A DNA stretch of 64,000 nt, taken from an uncultured Planctomycetota bacterium. Its GTDB lineage: Bacteria; Planctomycetota; PLA2; JAEUHO01. The stretch spans positions 1,536,001 to 1,600,000 of the forward strand of contig CAVVXN010000005.1 of assembly GCA_963752285.1 (NCBI GenBank), in the 5' to 3' direction. Below the pieces are notes generated by a model that was given only the letters and a program-made list of their open reading frames with translations, did not search any database and was not told the origin of the DNA. Numbering within the stretch: the first letter of the stretch is position 1; each line of letters opens with the position of its first letter. Below are positions 37,813 to 48,968 of the stretch, piece by piece. The position numbers were made by a program, and so were the translations under genes.

Positions 37813-38496
37813 GTGACCACCGTCGTCGCCGAGGCGCTCCACCGCCACCACCGCCTCGGCCAGGGAAACGTCGTCTGCGCGCTGGACGGCGTGGACCTCC
37901 GGGTCGGGGACGGGGAGCGCGTCGCGATCCTCGGGCGGTCGGGATCCGGGAAATCCACGCTGCTGAACCTCGTGGGCGGCCTCGACCGCGCGACCTCCGG
38001 GCGCGTGGTCGTGGACGGCGAGGACCTCGGGCGCCTCTCGGAGCGGGCGCTCGCGCGGTACCGGCGCACGACGGTCGGGTTCGTGTTCCAGTCGTTCCAC
38101 CTGCAGCCGCGCTTCCCGGCGTGGGAGAGCGTCGCGCTGCCCCTCGTCTTCGAGGGCGTGCGCCGTCGCGAGCGGCGCCGGCGCGCCTTCGAGATGCTCG
38201 ACCGCGTCGGTCTGGTCGCGCGCCGAGAGCACCGGCCGAGCGAGCTCTCCGGCGGCGAGCAGCAGCGGGTCGCCCTCGCGCGGAGCCTGGTCGGCCGTCC
38301 CCGGCTGCTCCTCGCGGACGAGCCGACGGGCAACCTCGACAGCGCGACGAGCGGCCAGATCGTGGACCTGATCCTGGACCTCGCCGTGACCGGCAGCACG
38401 GTTCTCGTCGTGACCCACGACGACACCCTCGCCGCGCGGCTCGGGACCCGCGTCGTCCACATGGCGGACGGTCGCGTCGTGGAGCCCCGCCGGTGA
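37813..38496 (+). CDS. ABC transporter ATP-binding protein (LolD/MacB-like)
   Basis: GRSGSGKS, GFVFQSFHL, LSGGEQQRVA, ADEPTGNLD. Confidence 0.92.
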   Translation: MTTVVAEALHRHHRLGQGNVVCALDGVDLRVGDGERVAILGRSGSGKSTLLNLVGGLDRATSGRVVVDGEDLGRLSERALARYRRTTVGFVFQSFHLQPRFPAWESVALPLVFEGVRRRERRRRAFEMLDRVGLVARREHRPSELSGGEQQRVALARSLVGRPRLLLADEPTGNLDSATSGQIVDLILDLAVTGSTVLVVTHDDTLAARLGTRVVHMADGRVVEPRR

Positions 38497-40016
38497 GGAG
38501 CCTCTTCGGACTCGCGTTCGACGGGCTGCGGCGGAAGCCCGGTCGGAACCTCCTGACGCTCGCGGGGGTCTCGATCGGCGTGCTCGCGCTGACGATGATC
38601 GTCTCGCTGGGCCAGGGCCTCGCCTCGCTGGTGACGACGACCGTCTCCGGCGAGGACAACCTGAGGCAGATCGGCGTCTCCCCCGGGTTCGGGTTCCGGA
38701 TCGGCGACGAGGGCCGCGTCGAGATCCGTGGCGTCGAGGACGCGGAGCGCCGCGCGCGGCTCGAGCGGGCCGCGCGCGCGCGAACGCGACCGGGGACGAT
38801 CGTGGGGAGACGGGCGGAGGCCCTCGACGACGCGGTGCTCGCCGAGATCCGGAAGATCCCCCACGTGGAGCGTGTCGAGCCGCTCGTCCTCGAGCGCTAC
38901 CGCCTCCGGGAGGGCGACCACGAGAGCGAGGCGAGCGCGAGCTTCGGCGTGGACGTGGGGCGCCGACGTCTCGAGAATCGGGTGGTCGCAGGTCGCTACT
39001 TCTCGAGCCCCGACGCGCACGAAGCGCTCGTGGACGAGTTCCTCGCGTACCGGTGGGGCTACGTCACGAAGGAGGACCTCGCGCGCCTCCTGGGGAAGAC
39101 GCTCGTGCTCGTGCCCATCCAGAACCAGGATCCGTCGTCGTTCCTCGGTCCGGCTTTCGCGGCGCGCATCCTCGGCCAGATGGACCTCTCCACCCTCTCC
39201 GACGAGGAGATGGAGGTCCTCCCGGGCCTCGTCGAGAAGATGGCGAGGTGGTGGTGGTCGGGCGGGCACGCGACGGAGCCGGCGGCCGCGCCCGGCGCGT
39301 CGGAGACGACCCTCGAGATCGTGGGCGTCGCGCGCGAGCTCGAGCCGAAGGACCCGCTCCGGCTGATCGAGGACAGCATCTCGCTCCAGGCGGACGTGTT
39401 CCTCCCGCGCGACGTGGCGGTGGACCTCTTCCTCGCCCAGCCGGTGAACCGCGAGCTCGGCTACGGCCGGGCCCTGGTCACCGTGGACCGCGCGGCGGAC
39501 GCCGCCCAGGTCGAGTCGGACCTCCGCGACCGCGGCCTCACCGCGTTCAGCGTGGCGTCCGTCGTCCAGCGCATCGACGACCTCCTCTCGGGCCTCACGA
39601 TCGTCGTGTCGCTCTTGACCGGCATCGCCCTCTTCGTCGCGGCGCTCGGCATCGTGAACACGATGGTCACGAGCGTGCTCGAGCGGACGCGCGAGATCGG
39701 GCTCTGGAAGGCCGTCGGCGCGACCCGGGGACAGGTCCGGACCGTGTTCCTGCTCGAGGCGCTCGCGATCGGGGTGGTCGGCGCGGTCCTCGGGCTCGGC
39801 CTCGCGCTCCTCGCGATGGTGCCGCTCGACCACGTGGCGGCCCGCATGATCGCCGAGCGCGCGACGGTGCCGCTCCAGGGCCGGGCGTTCGTCGTACCGA
39901 CGTGGCTCCCGGTGGCCGACGTCCTCCTCGCGGCGACCGTGGCCGTCCTCGCCTCGCTCTACCCCGCGCACCGGGCGGCGACCGTGGACCCGGTCCGCGC
40001 ACTCCACCACGAGTGA
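38493..40016 (+). CDS. MacB/FtsX-family ABC permease
   Basis: LTLAGVSIGV, GIVNTMVTSVLERTREIG, PAHRAATVDPVRAL. Confidence 0.92.
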   Translation: MRSLFGLAFDGLRRKPGRNLLTLAGVSIGVLALTMIVSLGQGLASLVTTTVSGEDNLRQIGVSPGFGFRIGDEGRVEIRGVEDAERRARLERAARARTRPGTIVGRRAEALDDAVLAEIRKIPHVERVEPLVLERYRLREGDHESEASASFGVDVGRRRLENRVVAGRYFSSPDAHEALVDEFLAYRWGYVTKEDLARLLGKTLVLVPIQNQDPSSFLGPAFAARILGQMDLSTLSDEEMEVLPGLVEKMARWWWSGGHATEPAAAPGASETTLEIVGVARELEPKDPLRLIEDSISLQADVFLPRDVAVDLFLAQPVNRELGYGRALVTVDRAADAAQVESDLRDRGLTAFSVASVVQRIDDLLSGLTIVVSLLTGIALFVAALGIVNTMVTSVLERTREIGLWKAVGATRGQVRTVFLLEALAIGVVGAVLGLGLALLAMVPLDHVAARMIAERATVPLQGRAFVVPTWLPVADVLLAATVAVLASLYPAHRAATVDPVRALHHE

Positions 40017-40064
40017 GCACCCGACCCCACGCCGCCCCCCGGGCGGTCGCGCGTCGCGGGGCGG

Positions 40065-40781
40065 TCACTCGCCGAGGTAGGCCTCCTGGATGCGGGGATC
40101 CTCGCGGAGGTGCGCGGCCGGTCCGTGGATCGTGATGGAGCCCGTCTCGAGCACGTACGCGCGGCGCGCGAGCGACAGCGCCATGTTCGCGTTCTGCTCG
40201 ACCAGGAGCACCGTCGTGCCGCGGCGCGCGAGATCGCGGATCACCTCGAAGATGCGCCGCACGACGAGCGGCGCGAGGCCCAGCGAGGGTTCGTCCAGCA
40301 GCAGGATCAGGGGCTCCAGCATCAGCGCCCGTCCGATCGCGAGCATCTGCTGCTCGCCGCCGGACAGCGTCCCGCCGAGCTGCCCCTTGCGCTCTCCGAG
40401 CACGGGGAAGAGATCGAACACGTGGTCCCTCCGCGAGCGCCGTGTCGCGGCGTCGCGCACGAGGAAGGCCCCCATGTCGAGGTTCTCCTCGACGGTGAGA
40501 CGCGGGAAGATGCGGCGCCCCTCCGGCACCTGCACGACGCCGCGCTCGACCACCTGGTGCGGCTTCGCGCCCACCAGCTCCTCGTCCCGCAGACGGATGC
40601 TGCCCCGGCGCGGCTTGACGACCTGCGAGATCGACATGAGCGTCGTGGTCTTGCCGGCGCCGTTCGCGCCGATCAGGGCGACGACCTCGCCCTCGTCCAC
40701 GTGGAGCGACACGCCCTTCAGGGCCTCGATCGCGCCGTAGCCGGCATCGACCTCCTCCAGCACGAGGAGCGGCCCGCTCAC
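40065..40781 (-). CDS. livF: Branched-chain amino acid ABC ATP-binding protein
   Basis: GANGAGKT, VPEGRRIF, LSGGEQQMLAIGRALM, DEPSLGLAP. Confidence 0.93.
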   Translation of the reverse strand: MSGPLLVLEEVDAGYGAIEALKGVSLHVDEGEVVALIGANGAGKTTTLMSISQVVKPRRGSIRLRDEELVGAKPHQVVERGVVQVPEGRRIFPRLTVEENLDMGAFLVRDAATRRSRRDHVFDLFPVLGERKGQLGGTLSGGEQQMLAIGRALMLEPLILLLDEPSLGLAPLVVRRIFEVIRDLARRGTTVLLVEQNANMALSLARRAYVLETGSITIHGPAAHLREDPRIQEAYLGE

Positions 40782-41548
40782 GAGAGGTCCTCCTTGCCGA
40801 GATACGCTTCGATGACCGCCGGGTCGGAGCGTACCGCCTCGGGCGCCCCGTCGGCGATCTTCTCGCCGTGGTCCAGCACGACGATGTGGCTCGCGATCCG
40901 CATCACCACCCGCATGTGGTGCTCGATCAGCACGATCGTGACGCCGCGCTGCTGGATCTTCGCGATCAGGTCCACGAGCTCGAGGCTCTCGCGCGGGTTC
41001 ATGCCCGCGGCGGGCTCGTCGAGGAGCAGGAGGCGCGGCCCCGTCGCGAGCGCCCGGGCGATCTCGAGGCGTCGGCGGGCGCCGTACGGCAGGCTCGTGG
41101 CCGTGGCGTCGCGCCAGGCGCCCAGGCCGACGAACTCGAGGAGCTCTTCCGCGTGGTCCCGCGCCTCGCGCTCGGCCGCGCGCATGCGCGGGGTCCGGAC
41201 GAGCGCGGCCAGGACCGTGTAGTGCGCACGGCAGTCGCGCCCCGTGACCACGTTCTCGAGCGCGGTCATCTGCCCGAAGAGGCGGATGTTCTGGAACGTC
41301 CTCGCCATGCCGAGCCGCGTGGCCTGGTGGGGCTTCGCGCGCGTCACGTCGCGCCCCTCGAAGCGGATGGTCCCCGACGAGGCCGTTCCCACGCCCGTGA
41401 TGCAGTTGAAGAACGTGGTCTTCCCCGCGCCGTTCGGCCCGATGATGGCCGTCACGGCGCCCGGCTCGACGGCAAGCGACACGCTCTCCACGGCCACGAG
41501 GCCGCCGAAGCGCTTCGTCACGCGGTCCGTCTCGAGGAGCGCGGTCAT
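40778..41548 (-). CDS. livG: Branched-chain amino acid ABC ATP-binding protein
   Basis: KRFGGL, GPNGAGKT, RTFQNIRLF, LPYG, DEPAAGMN, VIEAYLG. Confidence 0.93.
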   Translation of the reverse strand: MTALLETDRVTKRFGGLVAVESVSLAVEPGAVTAIIGPNGAGKTTFFNCITGVGTASSGTIRFEGRDVTRAKPHQATRLGMARTFQNIRLFGQMTALENVVTGRDCRAHYTVLAALVRTPRMRAAEREARDHAEELLEFVGLGAWRDATATSLPYGARRRLEIARALATGPRLLLLDEPAAGMNPRESLELVDLIAKIQQRGVTIVLIEHHMRVVMRIASHIVVLDHGEKIADGAPEAVRSDPAVIEAYLGKEDLS

Positions 41549-42801
41549 GCGACGCTCTCCGAGCCTACGGGCCGCGCCGGGTCGCGCGGCGGCGGGCGGC
41601 GCGCGGGCGCCCGGCGTCGCGCGCCGAAGAGGCCCTCGGGGCGCACGATCATCAGGGCCGCCATGACCGCGCCGAAGATCAGCAGCCGGTAGTCCTGGAT
41701 CGCCGGGATCTTGTCCCGCAGCACCTGCGGGAGGATGAAGAGGATCGCCGCGCCCACGATGGAGCCCCGGATCGAGCCGAGGCCGCCGAGGACCACCATC
41801 GCCACGAAGAGCACGCTGGCGTTGAAGTCGAACAGCTGAGGCGTGATCTGCCCGCGGAAGATCGGGTGCACGACGCCGGCGAGGCCGGCCCAGAAGGCGG
41901 ACGCGGTGAAGGCGAGGAGCTTCACGCGCACCGTGTCGATTCCCATGCACCGGGCGGCGGTCTCGTCCTCGCGCAGCGCGAAGAGCGCGCGTCCGAAGCG
42001 CGAGCGCACGTACAGCGTCACGCACACGACGCACAGCACGAGCAGCCCGAGCGCGAAGTAGTAGCAGTCGCGGGTCGTGGTGGGCTGCCAGAGCCAGGTG
42101 CCGAGCCACCCGTGGACGGCGTTCACGTCGCCCGCCACGCGGCTGCCGGGGAGCCCCGTGTCGCCGCCCGTGAGCCACGCCTCGTTCTTCAGCACCCAGC
42201 GCACGGCCTCGCCGAAACCGAGGGTGACGATCGCGAGGTAGTCGCCCCGGAGCCGGAGCGTCGGGAGCCCCACGAGGAGGCCCGCGAGCGCGGCCGCGAC
42301 GCCGGCCGCGGGGAACGCCAGCCAGAAGTTCCACTCGAGCCGTACGACGAGGAGCGTGAACGTGTACGCGCCCACGCCCCAGAAGGCGGCGTGCCCGAGC
42401 ACGAGCAGACCCGCCATGCCCATCGAGACGTTCAGCCCGACCGCGATCGTCGCGAAGACGAGCGTCTCGACGAGGATCGACTCCCACGACCGCGTGGCGA
42501 AGAGGGGCAGGACGACGAGGAAGGCCAGGAGGAGCACGACGTAGCCGCGCTCGACCCTCGGGCGGGCGATCGACCGCGCGAGGTCGGCCCACCCCTCCCG
42601 GGGCACGCGCTCCACCGCCCACCGGACCGCCACGTAGAGCGAGCCGAGCGCGAGCACGACCAGCCCGATCCAGCCGGACGGCGCGAAGGTGACGCGCGCC
42701 CCCTCCTCCGCCGTCGCGCGAAACCCGACGATCGGCCAGCTGACGATCGCGGCGGCGAAGGCCGCCAGCACGACGCGGAGGAGGCCACGCGCGGGGCTCA
42801 C
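41545..42801 (-). CDS. livM: Branched-chain amino acid ABC permease
   Basis: LRLRGDYLAIVTLGFGE, ALREDE, VVLGGLGS, RPEGL. Confidence 0.92.
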   Translation of the reverse strand: MSPARGLLRVVLAAFAAAIVSWPIVGFRATAEEGARVTFAPSGWIGLVVLALGSLYVAVRWAVERVPREGWADLARSIARPRVERGYVVLLLAFLVVLPLFATRSWESILVETLVFATIAVGLNVSMGMAGLLVLGHAAFWGVGAYTFTLLVVRLEWNFWLAFPAAGVAAALAGLLVGLPTLRLRGDYLAIVTLGFGEAVRWVLKNEAWLTGGDTGLPGSRVAGDVNAVHGWLGTWLWQPTTTRDCYYFALGLLVLCVVCVTLYVRSRFGRALFALREDETAARCMGIDTVRVKLLAFTASAFWAGLAGVVHPIFRGQITPQLFDFNASVLFVAMVVLGGLGSIRGSIVGAAILFILPQVLRDKIPAIQDYRLLIFGAVMAALMIVRPEGLFGARRRAPARRPPPRDPARPVGSESVA

Positions 42802-43724
42802 ACCTTCTCCGACACGCGCTCGCCGAGGAGACCCCGGGGCCGGAGCACGAGGACGGCCAGGAGCACCACGAACGCGTACACCTCCTTGTAGTCCGCGCCG
42901 AGGAGCTGGATCCCCAGGCTCTCGGCCACCCCGAGGATCACCCCCCCGAGCATCGCGCCGCGCACGTTGCCGATCCCGCCGAGCACCGCGGCGGTGAACG
43001 CCTTCATGCCCGCCATGAAGCCCATGTCGAACTTGGCCTGCGTCGTGTACAGCGTGAGCAGCAGCCCGGCCACCGCGGCCAGTGCGCTGCCGATCACGAA
43101 CGTGATCGAGATCACGCGGTCGATCGAGATGCCGACCAGGCTCGACATGACCTTGTCCTGCGAGGTGGCGCGCATCGCGCAGCCGGTCCGGGTCTTCGTC
43201 ACGAAGAGCCAGAGTCCGGCCATGAGGAGCAGGCAGACGACGACGATGAAGAGGTCGAGCGGGGTGACGATGACCGACCCGAGCTCCAGGTTCTGGCCCT
43301 CGCCGAACACCGCCTGGTACTCCGGCGTCCAGACCGGGAAGTAGCGCGGCGCGGAGCCCTGCGCGATCCGCACGAAGTTCTGGAGGAAGATCGACATGCC
43401 GATCGCGCTGATCAGCGGAGAGAGCGGCGGCGCGTGGCGCAGCGGCCGGTACGCGACCCGCTCGAGCGTGAAGCCGTAGACGGCGCTCACCAAGACCGCG
43501 GCGACGAGGGCGACGGCGAGGCAGGGGATCACGCCGAGGGCCGCGGTCGTTCCCGCCGCGGTGAGGGCCGCGTACGCGAGGACGCTCAGGTACGCGCCCA
43601 CCATCAGGATCTCGCCGTGCGCGAAGTTGATCAGCAGCAGGATCCCGTACACCATCGTGTAGCCGAGGGCCACGATGGCGTAGATGCTCCCCTGGACGAG
43701 GCCGGTGACCAGGGCCTGGAGCAT
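42798..43724 (-). CDS. livH: Branched-chain amino acid ABC permease
   Basis: ALGYTMVYG.L.LINFAHGE, KAFTAAVLGGIG. Confidence 0.94.
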   Translation of the reverse strand: MLQALVTGLVQGSIYAIVALGYTMVYGILLLINFAHGEILMVGAYLSVLAYAALTAAGTTAALGVIPCLAVALVAAVLVSAVYGFTLERVAYRPLRHAPPLSPLISAIGMSIFLQNFVRIAQGSAPRYFPVWTPEYQAVFGEGQNLELGSVIVTPLDLFIVVVCLLLMAGLWLFVTKTRTGCAMRATSQDKVMSSLVGISIDRVISITFVIGSALAAVAGLLLTLYTTQAKFDMGFMAGMKAFTAAVLGGIGNVRGAMLGGVILGVAESLGIQLLGADYKEVYAFVVLLAVLVLRPRGLLGERVSEKV

Positions 43725-43754
43725 CGGGACCGCCCTCCCCGCGCCGCCTCCCGC

Positions 43755-44888
43755 TCAGTCGGCGCCGTAGAGGACCTCGTGTCCGTCCTTCACGACCCAG
43801 ACCTTGTAGTAGTCGGACACCCTCACGTCGCCCTTCTCGTCGAAGGACATGCGTCCGACGGGCGTGTCGAACGTGCCCGCGTGGATCGCGGCCGCCACCT
43901 GCTTGCCGTCCGTCGAGCCGGCCTTCTCGATGCCGTCGAGGAGGATCTGCGTCGCGGCGTACGCGTAGATCGCGTAGGGCCCCGGGTCGCCGTGGAAGCG
44001 GGCCTGGTACTTCGTCACGAACCCGGCGTACCCGGCGGCCTGCGTGGTGTCCGGGAAGGTGGTCAGCGTCCCGTCGCCGCCGGGCCCGACCTTGTCGATG
44101 AAGTCCTTCTGGTAGCCGTGGACGCCGTCGCCGCTCATGAGCGGAGCCTCGATGCCGAGCTGGCGCGCCTGGATCAGCATGGGCGCGGCCTGCTCGTAGA
44201 TGCCGCCGAAGTACCAGACGTCCACGTTCGCGTCCCGGAGCTTCGTGAGGTACGGGCGGAAGTTTCGCTCCGTGACGTCGAAGCCCTCGCGGATGACGAC
44301 GTCCGCGCGGCCGTTCAGGGCCGAAGCGCAGCCGTCGGCCAGGCCGGCGCCGTACGCGGTCTTGTCGTCGTAGATCGCCACCCGCTTGGCGTGGAGCGTG
44401 TCGGCGATGAAGTCGGCCGCGGTCTTCGCCTGCTGGTCGTCGCGTCCGCAGACGCGGAAGACGTCGTCGTAGCCGCGCTCCGTGATCGTCTCGTTGGTGG
44501 ACGCCGGTGTGATCGTGACGATGCCGGCCTGGTGGTACGTGCGGGAGGCGGGGATCGTGCAGCCGGAGTTGAAGTGGCCCACGACGCCGACCACCCCCTC
44601 GTCCACCAGGCCCGACGCGACGGCCGTGGCGTTCTTGTCCTGGGCCTCGTCGTCGCGGAACACCATCGCCACGGACCGCCCGAGCACGCCCCCGGCCGCG
44701 TTCCGGTCCTCCACGGCGAGCCGGGCACCGTCCTCGAGGTCCTTGCCGTTGCGGGCCTGGCCGCCCGACATGGGGCCCGCGACGCCGATCTTGATCGCGC
44801 CCGTGCCGGAGTCGCCCTCTCTCCCGCCGCAGCCGGGGAACCCGAGCAGCGCGACGGAGAGGAAGGCGAGCGGGAGGAGGTGCTTCAA
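43755..44888 (-). CDS. livK: Branched-chain amino acid ABC substrate-binding lipoprotein (LivJ/K family)
   Basis: TTG start, lipobox FPGC, IKIGVAGPMSG, VVGHFNSGCTIPAS, DKTAYG. Confidence 0.9.
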   Translation of the reverse strand: MKHLLPLAFLSVALLGFPGCGGREGDSGTGAIKIGVAGPMSGGQARNGKDLEDGARLAVEDRNAAGGVLGRSVAMVFRDDEAQDKNATAVASGLVDEGVVGVVGHFNSGCTIPASRTYHQAGIVTITPASTNETITERGYDDVFRVCGRDDQQAKTAADFIADTLHAKRVAIYDDKTAYGAGLADGCASALNGRADVVIREGFDVTERNFRPYLTKLRDANVDVWYFGGIYEQAAPMLIQARQLGIEAPLMSGDGVHGYQKDFIDKVGPGGDGTLTTFPDTTQAAGYAGFVTKYQARFHGDPGPYAIYAYAATQILLDGIEKAGSTDGKQVAAAIHAGTFDTPVGRMSFDEKGDVRVSDYYKVWVVKDGHEVLYGAD

Positions 44889-45199
44889 CGGTCGGCTCCG
44901 GTCTCGGGGATGGGGCGGGACGATTCTACTGAGGTGACCGGACCGACGGGACCGCCCGTTTCTCGGGCGCACGTCGGGCCCGGCGGCGCGGTCCGCGGGT
45001 CGGTGGAACGAGGTCCGCCGGACGCGCGAGCGAGACCCGCGGGACGTTTTGCGCGCCCGCGGCCGGCGGCGAGGGGCGCGGCGAGCCGGGCGCCTGCGCG
45101 ATCGAGGACCGATCCCTCCTCGGGCCCGGCGGGGTGGCGACGGGGCGGGCGCCCCCTTTCGATCACGGCCCGCGCGCGCCCAACCGGCCCCGGGACCGG

Positions 45200-45787
45200 T
45201 CAGCGTCTCCGGAGCCCCTCGACGCGGCGCAGGGCGTCGAGCGCGCGCGCGCCCGCGAGGTCCATCGTCGGGCCGACCGCGACGAACCCGTGGCCCCGGA
45301 GCAGGAACACGTCCGCCCCGCGCGCCACCTCGACGGCGAGGGCCGCGATCTCGGGGGTGCCGTACGGCGCCTCGCGCGGCGTCGAGGGGAGCCCCGCCTC
45401 GCGCCCCTGGGCGAGGACCCGCTCGTGGTGGCCGTGGAACACGGCCCGCACCTCGGGCCGCGCGGCGTAGAGCGCCGCGTGGAGCAGGCTCTCGGAGGAG
45501 GGCTCGCGCGACCCCGCCGCGCGGACGCGGTTTCGGGTCTCGTCCGCCTCGAGGACGTGCACGAGGTCGTCCTCGCCGATCTGGTCCATCGGCACGTGCG
45601 TCGGCGTGACGAGGAAGCCCCGCTCGAGTCGAACGCTCAGGTTCCCGGACGCGTCCGCTCCGGCGGAGGCGAGACCCGTCTCGACGAAGCGAAGGCACCA
45701 CGAGACGAGGCCCGCCGCCTCGGGGACCCGGGGGGGTCGGGGCAGGACCCGCTCGGTCTCGAACCGGACGCCGTCGTAGATCTCCAT
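45200..45787 (-). CDS. Class II aldolase/adducin family protein
   Basis: SGNLSVR, PSSESLLH, VFHGH, LRGHG. Confidence 0.85.
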   Translation of the reverse strand: MEIYDGVRFETERVLPRPPRVPEAAGLVSWCLRFVETGLASAGADASGNLSVRLERGFLVTPTHVPMDQIGEDDLVHVLEADETRNRVRAAGSREPSSESLLHAALYAARPEVRAVFHGHHERVLAQGREAGLPSTPREAPYGTPEIAALAVEVARGADVFLLRGHGFVAVGPTMDLAGARALDALRRVEGLRRR

Positions 45788-45867
45788 GGGGCCCATTCTG
45801 ACCCGGCGGGACCGGGACGCGACCCGGGGGCCCGCGGCGTCCTCCGAGCCGGATACGGTGTCGCCCG

Positions 45868-46488
45868 ATGCGGATCGTCTGCCTGTCGGACACGCACGGA
45901 CGCCATGGGGACCTGGTCGTGCCCGAGGGCGACCTCCTCGTCCACGCCGGGGACCTCACGGCGCACGGCGACCTCCAGGAGCTCCACGAGTCCGCGCGCT
46001 TCCTGGCGGCCCTGCCCCACCGCCACAAAGTCGTCGTGGCCGGGAACCACGACTTCGCGCTCCAGGACCGGCCCGAGGCCGCCCGCGCGCTCCTCGACGG
46101 GCTCGTCTACCTCCAGGACCGGGAGACCACCGTCGAGGGGCTCCGGATCTGGGGGTCGCCGTGGCAGCCCTGGTTCTTCGACTGGGCGTTCAACCTGAGG
46201 CGCGGCCCGGAGATCCGGGCCCGCTGGGACCTGATCCCCGAGGGCATCTCGGTGCTCGTCACGCACGGCCCCCCCTTCGGCCACGGCGACCTGACGCGCT
46301 ACGGCGAGCACGTGGGGTGCGCCGACCTCCTCGACGCCGTGCGCCGGGTCCGGCCGAGGCTTCACGTCTTCGGTCACATCCACGAGGGGTACGGCCGGAC
46401 CGAGGACGGCGGGACCCTCTTCGTGAACGCGAGCACGTGCACGCACGCGTACGAGCCCATCCAGCCGCCGATCGTCGTGGACCTCTGA
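45868..46488 (+). CDS. Metallophosphoesterase (calcineurin-like, MPPED/239FB type)
   Basis: SDTH, HAGD, AGNHD, THGPP, FGHIHEG. Confidence 0.92.
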   Translation: MRIVCLSDTHGRHGDLVVPEGDLLVHAGDLTAHGDLQELHESARFLAALPHRHKVVVAGNHDFALQDRPEAARALLDGLVYLQDRETTVEGLRIWGSPWQPWFFDWAFNLRRGPEIRARWDLIPEGISVLVTHGPPFGHGDLTRYGEHVGCADLLDAVRRVRPRLHVFGHIHEGYGRTEDGGTLFVNASTCTHAYEPIQPPIVVDL

Positions 46489-46561
46489 GGAGGGCCTTCG
46501 GGGGCTGGTGCCGGGAGGGTTTCGGGTAGGCTGTCCCGCCCCTACCTTCGGGATACCGAGC

Positions 46562-46897
46562 ATGGACTACGACGTCGACGACCATCCCGCCGTCCGGGTG
46601 ATTCGCTTCGCGGGCGATCTCGGGAGCCACGACGACCCCGAGCTGAAGCGGATGTTCGTGGGCCTCGCGAACGAGAAGCGCGTGCGCGTCGCGGCCGACA
46701 TGTCGAAGGTCACCTTCCTCGACAGCACCGCGCTCGGGACGCTCGTGTGGGGCATGAAGAACCTGCGCGAGGCCGACGGCGACTTCCGCATGTTCGCGCT
46801 CCAGGGATTCGTCGAGCGGCTCTTCCACCTGACGTCGCTCGACCAGGCGTTCCGGATTTTCGAGACCGAGGAACAGTGCGTGCGCTCCTACGGATGA
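46562..46897 (+). CDS. STAS domain anti-sigma factor antagonist
   Basis: DMSKVTFLDSTALG (phospho-Ser motif), LTSLD. Confidence 0.88.
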   Translation: MDYDVDDHPAVRVIRFAGDLGSHDDPELKRMFVGLANEKRVRVAADMSKVTFLDSTALGTLVWGMKNLREADGDFRMFALQGFVERLFHLTSLDQAFRIFETEEQCVRSYG

Positions 46898-48165
46898 GCG
46901 GACCCGCGCCCGCGGCCGCCCGCGGGTGCCGCCGAAGGGCCCCGGGGACGCGGCGCCTGGTCGGCGCGCGCCGGGCCCGGCGCCTGGCGCCCGTCGTCCC
47001 GCTGCTCCTGCTCGTCGCCGTCGCGCGCGCGGGCGACGCCACTCCGTCCCCCTCGCAGCGCTTCGAGCGGGCGGTCGCGGCCCTTCCGGCGCCGGACGCG
47101 AACCTCGCCTTCGCGTTCCACGGCGACGTCCGCGTTCCCGGCGGCGAGAAGCCGATCGGGACGCTCGACCTCGACGTCCGCCCCGCGCCGGGCGCCGCGT
47201 GGAGGGTCGAGGAACGCCTCCACCTCGAGGGAAGGGACCGGCCCGCGAAGATCGAGACCACCGCGCTCCTCGACCGGACGCTCGCGCCGCGCGAGGGACG
47301 CCTCTCGATCGACGACCCACTCGGTCCGCGCGCATACGTGTGGCGCCTCGACGGGACGGTCCTCCGCGTCACGACGGAGGGTGAGGGCCTCGTCGCGATG
47401 GAGAAACGGGCGGACCTGGAGGCGCCCGCCACGACGACGCTCGCCGCGTTCCTGCTCTTCGCGCGCCTCGCGAAGGACCCCGGCGGCGAGGTCGAGACCC
47501 GCGTGTTCGACCCCTCCTGGGAGTACCTGGAAGCGGGGCGGCCGTTCTCCGCGGCGCGCCTGGCGCCCGGGACGCCCCCCTCGACCTCGACTGCCCCCGA
47601 AGAGACGACGCGCACCTGGACGGGCGCGTTCGGGGGGGGCGACCTCGCGATCACGCTCGGCGCGGGGGGCGCGGTGCGCGAGGTCCGCTGGCGCACGGAG
47701 CACCCCGGACCCTTCGTGGACCTCGTCGCGCGCGCCTCGGCCGCGCATCCCGAGGACGAGCCGCCCGCCGACGTGTTCGACGCGCCGGCCGGCTCGCCCC
47801 GCGCGGCCGCGCTCCGCGTGGCCCTCGCGTTCGCGATGGGCGATGCGGAACGCTTCGACCCGCTCGTCGACTGGCCGGCGCTGCGGAAGCACATGTCGGC
47901 CCAGGTCCACGGAAACGTCACGGACGAGGCGTTTCGCGAGCGGATCCTCGCCCAGTTCCGCCGCCAGGCCGCCGCGCACGCGGACGGGACGCCGGACGTC
48001 GGGGCCGAGGAGGCGCGGCTCCGCGGCATCTGGGGCGACCTCGAGGTCGCGTCGGAGGGCGCCGATGCGGCGGTCGTCACGATGCCCGCGTCGTACGGAG
48101 GGATGCGTCTCACGCTGGGCCGGGCCGACGGCGTCTGGCGGCTCGTGCGCCTGCCGGGCTCTTGA
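46894..48165 (+). CDS. Hypothetical exported protein (start uncertain)
   Basis: ATGA overlap with STAS; signal-like LAPVVPLLLLVAVARA; C-terminal ...DGVWRLV. Confidence 0.6.
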   Translation: MSGPAPAAARGCRRRAPGTRRLVGARRARRLAPVVPLLLLVAVARAGDATPSPSQRFERAVAALPAPDANLAFAFHGDVRVPGGEKPIGTLDLDVRPAPGAAWRVEERLHLEGRDRPAKIETTALLDRTLAPREGRLSIDDPLGPRAYVWRLDGTVLRVTTEGEGLVAMEKRADLEAPATTTLAAFLLFARLAKDPGGEVETRVFDPSWEYLEAGRPFSAARLAPGTPPSTSTAPEETTRTWTGAFGGGDLAITLGAGGAVREVRWRTEHPGPFVDLVARASAAHPEDEPPADVFDAPAGSPRAAALRVALAFAMGDAERFDPLVDWPALRKHMSAQVHGNVTDEAFRERILAQFRRQAAAHADGTPDVGAEEARLRGIWGDLEVASEGADAAVVTMPASYGGMRLTLGRADGVWRLVRLPGS

Positions 48166-48194
48166 CCGGGCCGGCGCGAGGACGCGTTCGGCCG

Positions 48195-48964
<770 letters not shown>

Positions 48965-48968
<4 letters not shown>
